From the IMG/VR virus record IMGVR_UViG_2693429637_000011: DNA of 64,000 nucleotides, one strand, 5' to 3'. Each line of letters begins with the position of its first letter. Position 1 is the first letter of the stretch. The DNA comes from a virus (taxonomy: Duplodnaviria; Heunggongvirae; Uroviricota; Caudoviricetes). The notes under the pieces are model-generated. The model was not told the DNA's origin and made no database searches. It was given only the letters and a program-made list of their open reading frames with translations. Shown here in pieces: positions 1 through 9,600 of the stretch. The position numbers were made by a program, and so were the translations under genes.

Positions 1-1107
1 ACTAAATCAGTAAGTTGGCAGCATCACCCGACCCGTGATGGTGTTCGTGGAAAAGAAAAACTGGATGTCCCCATCAAGTTTTTATGGTGCTACGCCAGTA
101 ACACATTGATCAATCAACATGGCGACATCAATCACACCCATGAGGTGCTTCAGGATGACAGCAAGTGCGAGATGATTGTTGGCATTGACCACTTCATGAC
201 GGCCTCGGCTAAGTATTGCGATATCCTGTTGCCCGACCTGATGCCAACAGAGCAAGAAGACCTTATCTCTCATGAATCTGCAGGGAATATGGGCTATGTG
301 ATCCTCGCCCAACCCGCAACCTCAGCAAAATTTGAACGCAAACCCATCTACTGGATGCTGAGTGAAGTCGCCAAACGCTTAGGACCAGACGTTTATCAAA
401 CCTTTACTGAAGGTCGCAGTCAGCATGAATGGATCAAATATCTCCATGCGAAAACGAAGGAACGTAACCCTGAGATGCCCGACTACGAGGAGATGAAAAC
501 GACCGGGATCTTTAAGAAAAAATGCCCGGAAGAACACTACGTCGCTTTCCGCGCATTCCGTGAAGATCCACAGGCAAACCCGTTGAAAACACCTTCGGGG
601 AAAATCGAAATTTATTCTGAACGACTGGCGAAGATTGCGGATACCTGGGAATTGAAAAAAGATGAAGTTATTCATCCCCTTCCTGCGTATACCCCAGGTT
701 TTGATGGCTGGGACGATCCCCTGCGGAAAACCTATCCACTGCAGTTAACGGGCTTCCATTACAAAGCGCGTACCCACTCCAGCTACGGCAATATTGATGT
801 GTTACAGCAGGCCTGCCCACAAGAGGTGTGGATCAACCCCATTGATGCTCAGGCACGCGGTATCCGTCATGGCGATACCGTGCGGGTATTTAACAATAAT
901 GGAGAAATGCTGATTGCCGCAAAAGTGACTCCGCGTATTCTGCCTGGCGTTACCGCCATCGGGCAAGGTGCTTGGCTTAAAGCGGATATGTTTGGTGACC
1001 GGGTCGATCACGGCGGCAGTATCAATATTCTGACCTCTCACCGCCCTTCACCGCTGGCAAAGGGAAACCCGTCGCACAGCAATCTTGTCCAGATCGAAAA
1101 GGTTTAA
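1..1107 (+). CDS. ynfF: Molybdopterin oxidoreductase catalytic subunit (DmsA/YnfE/YnfF family), 3' portion; 5' end lies left of the window
   Basis: Reading frame open from base 1; C-terminus ...PSPLAKGNPSHSNLVQIEKV is typical of DMSO-reductase A subunits; a DmsB-like gene starts 10 bp downstream. Confidence 0.8.
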   Translation, partial: TKSVSWQHHPTRDGVRGKEKLDVPIKFLWCYASNTLINQHGDINHTHEVLQDDSKCEMIVGIDHFMTASAKYCDILLPDLMPTEQEDLISHESAGNMGYVILAQPATSAKFERKPIYWMLSEVAKRLGPDVYQTFTEGRSQHEWIKYLHAKTKERNPEMPDYEEMKTTGIFKKKCPEEHYVAFRAFREDPQANPLKTPSGKIEIYSERLAKIADTWELKKDEVIHPLPAYTPGFDGWDDPLRKTYPLQLTGFHYKARTHSSYGNIDVLQQACPQEVWINPIDAQARGIRHGDTVRVFNNNGEMLIAAKVTPRILPGVTAIGQGAWLKADMFGDRVDHGGSINILTSHRPSPLAKGNPSHSNLVQIEKV

Positions 1108-1117
1108 GGAGTAGCCC

Positions 1118-1231
1118 GTGACCACACAATATGGATTTTTTATCGATTCCAGCCGCTGTACTGGCTGTAAAACCTGCGAACTGGCGTGCAAAGATTTTAA
1201 AGTTGGTTACGTATCGTTTAAAATCAATTAG
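1118..1231 (+). pseudogene. ynfG: 5' fragment of 4Fe-4S subunit gene (DmsB/YnfG family), truncated after ~28 native codons by prophage insertion
   Basis: GTG start after RBS ggag; MTTQYGFFIDSSRCTGCKTCELACKDFK matches YnfG/DmsB N-terminus, then diverges at ~1202 and stops at 1229-1231. Confidence 0.75.
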
Positions 1232-1646
1232 ATAGCCCGTCATTTCTGCGCTCACACGTCCCAACATTGAAAAACATGCAAAGCTTTGTAAGCCGATGCA
1301 AAGCTTTGTGTGTCTCACTTTTGTCCCAATACCAATCCGAATCCACCCTTTGTCATCATTGAGAAATGGCAAGGAAGAAAAGGATGTTACTGCACGATTT
1401 GACAAATCCGCCAGAGCTATCGCATACTGATCGCACTGAACAAATAAGCGGTCTCCGCACCCGATAGCTTTGCGGCTTTTTTATGCCTGCAATTTGGCAT
1501 AGTTACATCCGTACAAAGGTCGGGTGGAGAGGCGTAATACAACACCCGCAAGGGGAATATGCCCAGAGCTTCTTATTTGGCTCAGTTGACACCCGACCGC
1601 CAGCTACTAACTGGCGGTTATAAACTAAACAAATAAGGAGGTCATC

Positions 1647-2285
1647 ATGACCAGTCAACTCATCCCCGTATTCAACGGCACTATCGACAACGAAACAGCC
1701 CTACTCTGCAATGCCCGCGATCTGCATGCTTTTTTAGGCGTGAAAAAAGTGTTTGCGGCATGGATTACAAATCGCATTTCAGAATACGAATTCATTGAAA
1801 ATCAAGACTATATTTTGCTTTCCAATTTGGGAAAGCAAACATCTGGTAGAGGCGGTCACAACCGCAAGGACTACCACCTCACCCTCGACACAGCCAAAGA
1901 GCTTGCGATGGTTGAACGTAACGAAAAAGGCCGCCAGATACGCCGCTACTTCATCGAGTGCGAAAAGAAACTTCGCAACATTCAGCCAGTACAAGCAGAA
2001 CCACAGCCGCAATTCACAGCCGAGGAAATCATCCTCCTTTGCTACATGCAGCTCTGGATGGAAAAAGCCCAGGACCTCAGCAAACACCTGTATCCCATTA
2101 TGAAAGAGCTGAACTCCTCATACACGAACAAGCTGTATGACATTGCGTTTGAGACCATCTACATGGTGACGAAGAACAGAGACGCGCTACTGAGGGAGGT
2201 AACACGTCTCGACATGTCAAGTTCCGTTATCCAGCGGGCCATGCCAATGCTGAAAAGCCTGCGGGCAAGACAATTCGAGTTTTAA
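1647..2285 (+). CDS. Antirepressor-like protein (AntA-type N-domain fused to shared C-terminal module)
   Basis: RBS aaggagg 8 bp upstream of ATG; C-terminal 93 aa nearly identical to ORF 48591..49262 and homologous to C-terminus of 2540..3172. Confidence 0.65.
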   Translation: MTSQLIPVFNGTIDNETALLCNARDLHAFLGVKKVFAAWITNRISEYEFIENQDYILLSNLGKQTSGRGGHNRKDYHLTLDTAKELAMVERNEKGRQIRRYFIECEKKLRNIQPVQAEPQPQFTAEEIILLCYMQLWMEKAQDLSKHLYPIMKELNSSYTNKLYDIAFETIYMVTKNRDALLREVTRLDMSSSVIQRAMPMLKSLRARQFEF

Positions 2286-2539
2286 GGCCAGATTTGACAA
2301 ATCCGCATTAACGGGGATATATTCCGCTCCATGGTGCTGAACACACCTTCGAAAGCGGAAACCGCGCCCGTCAGTCATGCGGATTTTTTATGTCCATTTT
2401 TCAGATATGGTCGGGTAGCGCGTATACCGAAAAACAGCCGCAAGGCTAAGGATGCGGGCCGAACTTTCGACGGTGTTCAAGTACCCGACCGCCCTGCTGA
2501 ACACGGGGTGATCTGAACAAATCGAAAGGACATAAAACT

Positions 2540-3172
2540 ATGAGCACTCAACTTGTATTCCACAATGTTCAATTCCAGACCGTTCAACGAGATGGTCTAC
2601 TGTGGTTGTCTGCCCCCCAAATAGCCAGCGCGTTACAATATGCAGATCAAAGCTCGGTAACACGCATCTATGCCCGTCACGCAGATGAATTCACAAACGG
2701 TATGACAGCCTCGGTCAAATTGACCGATCCTAAAGGGGACAAGCAAGAGACTCGCATCTTCTCATTACGCGGCGCTCACCTAATAGCGATGTTTGCTCGA
2801 ACTCCAATAGCAAAAGAGTTTCGTCGCTGGGTATTGGATATTCTGGACCGTGAAGCTGAAAAAAGCGCTATACCGCCACAACCTCATATTCAGCCTCAAT
2901 TCACAGCAGAAGACATCATCCTGCTCTGCTACGTTCAACTCTGGATGGAAAAAGCACAACAACTCAGTAAACAGCTATACCCCGTCATGAGAGAACTGAA
3001 CTCTGATTACTATGGAAAGCTGTTTGATCTGGCCTACGAAACTCGTCATATAACCAACCGGACTCGCGACACATTGCTCCGCGAAGCAGCAAAACTTGAT
3101 CCCGCCAACTATACGGTGCACAGGGCCAGAAGTATGCTGGCGCAACTAAGAGCAAGACAATTTGAATTCTGA
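2540..3172 (+). CDS. Bro-N domain antirepressor-like protein with the same C-terminal module
   Basis: N-terminal Bro-N-like sequence (LVFHNVQFQTVQRDGLLWLSAPQIASAL...); C-terminal ...QPQFTAEDIILLCYVQLWMEKAQ...RARQFEF homologous to the other two ant paralogs. Confidence 0.65.
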   Translation: MSTQLVFHNVQFQTVQRDGLLWLSAPQIASALQYADQSSVTRIYARHADEFTNGMTASVKLTDPKGDKQETRIFSLRGAHLIAMFARTPIAKEFRRWVLDILDREAEKSAIPPQPHIQPQFTAEDIILLCYVQLWMEKAQQLSKQLYPVMRELNSDYYGKLFDLAYETRHITNRTRDTLLREAAKLDPANYTVHRARSMLAQLRARQFEF

Positions 3173-3219
3173 AACCAAAGGAGCTTCGGCTCCTTTTTTC
3201 ATGCCTGAAGGAAAGGAAA

Positions 3220-3441
3220 ATGGCAGATATCATCGACAATGCCGCTGAAATCGAAGAATTGCAGCGCAATCTCTCCCTGCAAAAATACAAATCCGATAGT
3301 AATGCCCCATCTGCTACTCATTGTTGCGAGTGTGGCGATCCGATAGATGAGCGGCGACGCCTGGCTGTTCGTGGATGCCGAGCTTGCGCCAGTTGCCAGC
3401 AGGATATTGAACTTATCAACAAACAGAGAGGTGTGAAGTGA
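3220..3441 (+). CDS. TraR/DksA-family C4 zinc-finger protein
   Basis: 73 aa, CxxC...CxxC (CCECGDPIDERRRLAVRGCRACASC) typical of phage TraR-like proteins. Confidence 0.65.
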   Translation: MADIIDNAAEIEELQRNLSLQKYKSDSNAPSATHCCECGDPIDERRRLAVRGCRACASCQQDIELINKQRGVK

Positions 3442-3677
3442 ACATCAACACCACGATAACGATCGATACAGCCCTGAACACCGGCCTGGCGCTCCTTGGT
3501 TATTTCTACATCATGTTCTGCAGCGGACGATGGCTGTCACTGTTGTTCATGAAAAAATGGAATAAACGCCGTAAGCAGGAGCAACGCCAGAAGGCAATGG
3601 ATGCATTTTTCGAAGCCTTCGGGATTGACAGCATGGAACCAGGGGATCCAGCTCGCGCAATCAGCAGAGGGGCGTAG
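3438..3677 (+). CDS. Small hypothetical membrane protein
   Basis: GTG start overlapping upstream stop; hydrophobic segment LALLGYFYIMF. Confidence 0.35.
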   Translation: MNINTTITIDTALNTGLALLGYFYIMFCSGRWLSLLFMKKWNKRRKQEQRQKAMDAFFEAFGIDSMEPGDPARAISRGA

Positions 3678-3683
3678 TAATCC

Positions 3684-4010
3684 TTGTATATCGGAGTGAA
3701 GAGAAAAATGACGATCACAAAACAACGTGTAGAAAAAATCATATATCGCCATGAAATGGGACTGAACAGCGATGTCACTGCCGAAGAGGTTTATGACCTG
3801 GCTGTACTGGCGCTGAATTTATCAAATATCGCAAACCTGAAGCGATACGAGCTTGATATGGATGGTTGCGACTCGTGCGGTCAGGATTGTGGCGCGGATA
3901 TGACTGAAGATCCTGATGGTGATTATGTCCTGTTTGATGACGTGGTTAAGTTGTTTGAGCTTGATACATTCGAAAGCCCAGCAAAGGAGGCAACCAGTGA
4001 GCAAGATTGA
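3684..4010 (+). CDS. Hypothetical acidic protein
   Basis: ORF with coding-like composition in operon context; stop overlaps next gene start. Confidence 0.4.
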   Translation: MYIGVKRKMTITKQRVEKIIYRHEMGLNSDVTAEEVYDLAVLALNLSNIANLKRYELDMDGCDSCGQDCGADMTEDPDGDYVLFDDVVKLFELDTFESPAKEATSEQD

Positions 4011-4485
4011 TTATCAAAAGCTTCGTGAAATCGCTGAAAAAACAAAAATTGCTGGTGAAGCACCTGTAATGCCTTTCGATCAGCGAATTAATGCGCTTAA
4101 CGATTTTATGAAGCACTTTTCGCCAGATATCGCGCTGGCATTGTTGGATGAGATCAACGCATTAGAGGAAACGCGTATCAACGATGTTTGCCGTATTGCG
4201 GAACTAACAAAACAACTGGAGTTGGCAAAATCAAAACTCAACGAGCAGCGTGAGTATTACGAGGGCGTTATCTCGGATGGAAGTAAGCGCATAGCAGAGT
4301 TAGAAAGTGATTCTCAGGCACAAAAGTTAGTTGAAGCAATCATTGTTGCGATAGAAAACGAACAGGAACGTCTTTTTGATGAAGATTACCTAATGGATTC
4401 GAAAGAATGCATTGACGTAATTCGTGAAGAAGTAAAGCGATGGAATGATTCCCGCGCCGCTGGCATTCGCATCAAAGGAGAGTGA
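3997..4485 (+). CDS. Ead/Ea22-like protein
   Basis: GTG start after RBS aaggagg; [15 protein letters not shown]... N-terminus resembles lambdoid Ead/Ea22 family; coiled-coil rich. Confidence 0.55.
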   Translation: MSKIDYQKLREIAEKTKIAGEAPVMPFDQRINALNDFMKHFSPDIALALLDEINALEETRINDVCRIAELTKQLELAKSKLNEQREYYEGVISDGSKRIAELESDSQAQKLVEAIIVAIENEQERLFDEDYLMDSKECIDVIREEVKRWNDSRAAGIRIKGE

Positions 4486-4486
4486 G

Positions 4487-4810
4487 ATGACCACATCGCA
4501 TTCTGCAATTACCCAGAAAAAAGCCTTCCACATACTCGAACGATTAGAGGCGCTTGCTACGGAGGAGGAGATATCCCCGGAGAAACTGGTTGAGTTCAGC
4601 CGTGTGATATTGCGTCGCAAGAACGATATGGAGCGGCTGACATCTGGCGCTCCATCCTTATCAGTCAGGCGAACACTTTGTTGCAGCTTCTGCAACAAAT
4701 CCCAGTACGCCGTCAAAAAGTTAATTGCTGGGGACGCCGTTTTCATCTGCGACGAGTGTGTGGATGTGTGCAACAGAATTATCCGGGGAGAGAAAGAGGG
4801 ATCAGCATGA
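4487..4810 (+). CDS. ClpX-type zinc-binding-domain-like protein
   Basis: C-terminal [34 protein letters not shown] closely resembles the N-terminal C4 zinc-binding domain of ClpX; RBS aaaggagag upstream. Confidence 0.55.
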   Translation: MTTSHSAITQKKAFHILERLEALATEEEISPEKLVEFSRVILRRKNDMERLTSGAPSLSVRRTLCCSFCNKSQYAVKKLIAGDAVFICDECVDVCNRIIRGEKEGSA

Positions 4811-5337
4811 AATTTTCCAAATTTTCTGAGTTGGTGAATCGTATTTTGTCCAACAACCACAGCCATCGTCGCGATATGGATGTAACGATCGTTGTTCATT
4901 CGCCTGGTCGCATCGGTTCAACACCATCAGTTGAGGTTCAGTCAATTCAGGCGGGTTTTGATTGGGATGCCGGGAAAGTGATGATTTTTCCAGCACAGCC
5001 ACTGACCACGCTAACACCGGAGCAGGTTGCTGATATCACTGATAGTGTGCGCAAAGGTCAGTCTTGGCACGCGTATCAGGAATACAAGAAGCATAAAGAG
5101 CAGTTGGAAAAATTGTCGATGGAGTTGGAAGCCGCTAAACAGCGGGAAAAAGATCTGTTTATGGAAAATGTTCGACTTAAGTCAGGTATAGCCGGTCTGA
5201 TACACCTCGGTATTCGATATGCGGATGTTGAGGTCATGAAAATTGCTGGAGATGCCCAGCTTTCTACTCCATGCACTGACAGCATCATAAACAGCATTGC
5301 AGCAGGCATTTTCACCAAAGAGGGGGCAGCACGATGA
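4807..5337 (+). CDS. Hypothetical protein
   Basis: ATG overlaps upstream stop (ATGA); 176 aa. Confidence 0.45.
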   Translation: MKFSKFSELVNRILSNNHSHRRDMDVTIVVHSPGRIGSTPSVEVQSIQAGFDWDAGKVMIFPAQPLTTLTPEQVADITDSVRKGQSWHAYQEYKKHKEQLEKLSMELEAAKQREKDLFMENVRLKSGIAGLIHLGIRYADVEVMKIAGDAQLSTPCTDSIINSIAAGIFTKEGAAR

Positions 5338-5519
5338 GAACACTAGAGGTTCGCGCTGAAGACGTAATCCCTGGTGATGTGCTCATAACATCTAAAGGTC
5401 AACAATGTGCGGTTAAATCTTTTTGGATGGAAAATGACAAAGTGACTCTGTTCGGTACGGATGGTTCCGAAACTGATTATGACTACGACGAATTGCTTGT
5501 TATTGAGAGAGCTGCCTAA
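5334..5519 (+). CDS. Small hypothetical protein
   Basis: ATG overlaps upstream stop; 61 aa. Confidence 0.35.
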   Translation: MRTLEVRAEDVIPGDVLITSKGQQCAVKSFWMENDKVTLFGTDGSETDYDYDELLVIERAA

Positions 5520-6283
5520 TGACCACCTTTACCAAAGAACAGTTAATCTCCCATGCACGCGAAAGCGTTAGTTATCTGGAAAACTTGAAAGGACGTGTTA
5601 GCAAAGAAGGTGCGGACTGCAAAGTTGTTATTGAGATGGTTGCACGAGATCTAAAACTGGCACGGATTGCGCTGGCATCGCTGGAAGCAGATCCAGTTAA
5701 ACGAGTTAACTCAGATCAGATGCGCCGAGTCTGCTTAGAAGCTAATCGCCATTTAGATAAATATGACGCGATGGCGAAAGAGGTAAATAAGTTGCTTGGA
5801 CGCATCGCCCCGCCAGCGCCGGTAGTGCCGGAAGAAGCAACTCCGGAAAACGTAGAAATGCTCTCTGGCTATGTTTCCACGTACAAATTAACTGATAGGG
5901 AGCGCGATATTGCTGCCGAAATATGGAACGCCTGCCGCGCCGCCATGCTTCAGTCCGGAAACTTTCGGGAAAATAAAGATTCGTCAACCAATAATTTTCG
6001 GAAAATCCCGGAAGCGTCAACCAGCTCTCCGGTAACTCCGGATGGTTGGATAAGCTGTAGTGATCGAATGCCAGAAATGGGAGAGCGACAATACTATGTG
6101 TTAGCAGCTGACTTTAAAAACAACTACCCACCAAGCATCCCCAACACTCAGGTCGGCGTATATGGCGACTGGTTTAATGATGGCAATCCCACTTGGGATG
6201 ACGGTGATGGCGAAGACCTGCATCTCAAAGAAGTAACCCACTGGATGCCGCTACCAGAACCGCCGAAGGAGGTACGCCAATGA
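5519..6283 (+). CDS. DUF551-family phage protein
   Basis: C-terminal ...HWMPLPEPPKEVRQ motif shared with second copy at 51852..52436; same MTTFTKEQLISH N-terminus. Confidence 0.55.
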   Translation: MTTFTKEQLISHARESVSYLENLKGRVSKEGADCKVVIEMVARDLKLARIALASLEADPVKRVNSDQMRRVCLEANRHLDKYDAMAKEVNKLLGRIAPPAPVVPEEATPENVEMLSGYVSTYKLTDRERDIAAEIWNACRAAMLQSGNFRENKDSSTNNFRKIPEASTSSPVTPDGWISCSDRMPEMGERQYYVLAADFKNNYPPSIPNTQVGVYGDWFNDGNPTWDDGDGEDLHLKEVTHWMPLPEPPKEVRQ

Positions 6284-6370
6284 CCTAGCCTGAAGCATTT
6301 GCAATTGTAGTGGCTGCCATTTCGATCGCACTGATTGTTTTTGCGATTTTGCCGCTGGGGGTAAAATAGT

Positions 6371-6562
6371 TCACCTGCATGGAGATTTGATGCCGGGGAA
6401 TTGTGGGGGAGCATTCAAACCTCTCCCCTTCCCGGTTAAAGACTCCATTGCTTTGCGGTCAGAGAGATACATCAGCTTCATCAGCTTAATGAAACGCATA
6501 GATCCGCCATGCTTTTTCAGCAAATACGCTGCCATTTGCGCAACTTTTTCTTCATTAAACAT
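6371..6562 (-). pseudogene. Truncated Panacea/DUF4065-like (SocA/GepA-like) gene fragment
   Basis: MFNEEKVAQMAAYLLKKHGGSMRFIKLMKLMYLSDRKA resembles N-terminus of Panacea-domain proteins; ORF ends after 63 aa, well short of the ~150 aa I recall for this family. Confidence 0.35.
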
Positions 6563-6656
6563 AAATCGGCTCTCTGTCTCACATGAAATACTCTTTCTGA
6601 CTATATGTTAATAGCTCCGGTTATTACAGGTTAATGTGTGTTTATTTCTTAATCAG

Positions 6657-6680
6657 CCCCGCACTTCCGTACGGGGCCAT
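6657..6680. terminator. Hairpin at convergence point of plus-strand accessory genes and minus-strand late operon
   Basis: ccccgcacttccgtacgggg inverted repeat immediately downstream of giant gene stop. Confidence 0.35.
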
Positions 6681-6685
6681 TTCTG

Positions 6686-9600
6686 TTAATCCACTCCCAC
6701 TTTTTTGTTGTACTCGCGGTTAAACCGATCCACGGCAACCTTCATATCCCGCTCTACCGATTTCACCATCGCCGCCTGCTGCGCCAGACTGAGAGAACTG
6801 TCGGCATAAATGGCATCGCGCTGTTTGCGCAAATCCTTCAGTCTCTTCCGGGTATCCTGCATAAGCCCGTTCATCAACAATTTTCCGTTGTTCTCGTCAA
6901 TGAACGCCGTTCTTTCTGCACCGGTCAGACTCTTCAGCTCTGCGTGATACTGCGCAACCTCTGTCATCCGGTCGTACATCTTCTGCTGGTCTGCATACGG
7001 CATCACCTCACCCGAAATTTTCCCCAGGAAGGGCACCTGCTGTTCCGGTATATCAATACCATTCAGCGATTTCACCGCCGCATCCGTGGTTTTGGAAATG
7101 AAGCGCCCTGTCCCTCCGGAGATATAGTCAATCCAGAATTTCAGCGATTCCGGTGTGATATCCACCGCGCCGGGACGATACTGGCTGCCACCTGAGAACG
7201 CATTCAGCCAGAATGCAAACGCCTTGTACGCTTCTGGCGTTGAACGTCTTCCCAGCTGGCTGTCAGGTTTTGGTGTACCAAACGGCATGTTCTCCTGGTA
7301 AATCTGCGCCCCCATGAAGTTTTCGTTCATGGCAAGATTCGCAAACGGACGCAGAATTGTCGGTGCTGCATTTTTCAGCAATGCCCCCGACAACGTTTCC
7401 GACGTCTCGCTGCCGATCGGGCTGAATGCCCCCAGGATACCGCCGACAACATTACCGGCAGCACGTGAAGCAGTCAGGTCGCCCGCTGCCACACCTTCAG
7501 CTGTATGACCAAGCAGGAAGAACACGTTGTACCCGTAAGGCAGAGGAATACTCCAGTACTCACCGGCCTTGCCCCCGAACATCGATTTCATGATGACGAG
7601 GTTACGCTCTTTCACATGAGACGGTACTTTGTCGTACCAGTTAACCCCGTCATCATCCTCACCCGCCACACTGCGGTTAAGCGAGCCAAGCAGATAACCC
7701 GCTCCCACAGCTGCAAGCACGATTTTCTGCGGTACATTGAGATTCTTCCAGCGAAGGCGCTCCAGTAACGGTCCGTCGCCATTAAGATGTCCGAGCGTTC
7801 TCACCAGGTTTGCGGTCCCCTGAATGCTGGCGTTGGCAAACATGTACAGCGAGTTCATCAGCATCCCCTGCTCACCACGACGGTTAAAGTTCACCGTCAT
7901 GTTTTTGGCAAGAGACGCCGCCTGCTGGCGTGACAAACCGGCATCACGGGCGTGTTTATAGGCAGAAAGACGCAGAGCGTTTTCAACCGCGCCGTTGGCA
8001 TCCTCGACCAGGTTCAGGAACGAATGCCATGCACCGATACTCTGGCCTTTCCATCCGCCCTTCGCCAGCGACACAAGGCGATCCATTTCCTTCTGCTGGC
8101 CCTCAAGGTCACCCATGTTAAACCAGCCGGTTTTACCTCCGTCCTCAACAAACTCTTTCCACACTTTCTGCCACTGTGCGCCTTTGCCCGTGAGGGTTTT
8201 ACCCCGCAGACTTGCGTATACGGCTGACATGGCGGAACGGCTGTCTTTCACCACAGCCAGCGCGGATAAGTTATCCAGCTCTTTCAGTTTACCGTCGCTC
8301 CTTCCCTGCTCAGCCTTCAGGTTCATCACCGCAGTCTGCACGTCACGGATGAAGTTACTGACCAGAAATTCCGGGTTATACGACGTGTTCACCGTTGCCA
8401 GGAAGCGGTTAACTTTCCCCAGCGTACGGATTACGGCGTTACTGGTTTCCGGCCCCATGTTCTTCATCGCACGCATCAGGCGCGGATCATGAAGTTTAAT
8501 GTAGTAAGTTTTGCCGTCCTTTTTGGTGGTGAAGTAGCGATCCGCCATCATTGCCATCGGCACAGGGCGCTCGACAACTTCGCGAATGGTTTCACCAGTT
8601 TCCTGGTCCTTGCGCTCTGCAATCACACGCATTGTATCCGGTCTGTCATCAGTGAATACCTGCCAGTAATCCTTGTCGGGATTATCCTGTACCAGTTTCA
8701 GGAAGGCGTTACCCACTTCATTTTTGCGATTGCGGATCAGCGATTCACTCAAATCCTGTATCGCCTGAGTGGAAGGAGACTGTGCGCGGGATGCACGCCC
8801 CATGGCCTGCTTACTTTCACGCCCGCCGATGGTGAATCCCTTGCCTGTACGTGGCTGTGACACCACACCGTCAACATCCTGCCCTTTCAGGGGGACGTAG
8901 TAACGGTAGGCTTTCTGCCAGGCATCCACCACGCCGCTCTCTTCCAGTCCTGCCTCACGGATAATCTCACGGCGACGGGCCAGCATATCGTCAATAATCC
9001 CTGCCAGACGGTCATACTGTGCCTGTTTGCCGCTGTTACGCACACGCTGCATGATTTCCGCCGCTTCCGCGTTGGTCATCCCCGAACCGCCGTCCGGCAT
9101 TTTCGGGTTGATTTTCGCAATATGCACGTTACGTTCCGGCGCGTGACGGGCGTAGAGGTACTCATCCAGATCGGCCTGCGCAATTTTGTAGTCCGCCAGC
9201 AATTTGGCCAGCGGCTGAACGTAGCGCTCCTTCATTACGTTCAGGTCGTTTTCCGCCTTCCCGTGGAAGAGTTCTTCAGCCATATAGGCGTTATTGCTGT
9301 CATCTATTTTTCCGCCAGTTTTACGGATATTCTCCTGCACCGCCTTCAGCACCTGGAATTTATCCTGCATCTGGCGAACAAAACGGGATGCAATTGTCTC
9401 TTCCGGCGTCAGACTGCTGGTGCGGGAGTAATACGGCCCCTTGCGAATATCTTCAGGATAGAGTATTTTATCAACAGAGCCGCGATAAGAATGTTCCCCT
9501 TTGGGCAATTGGAGCCCTCTGTGCAGAAGGTTATCGCGGCTTAATTTTTCTCTCCGGTACAACGTTAAACCGGTCATTTCCATACTCTTCAGTTTTTTCC

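Noticed and set aside
1022-1405. 127-aa minus-strand ORF across the ynfF/ynfG/prophage junction
   Set aside because: Antisense to ynfF/ynfG and spans the insertion junction; implausible as a gene
1232-1646. Integrase expected next to the att junction
   Set aside because: No integrase-like ORF at the left end; pL-operon orientation places int/xis beyond the right edge of the window
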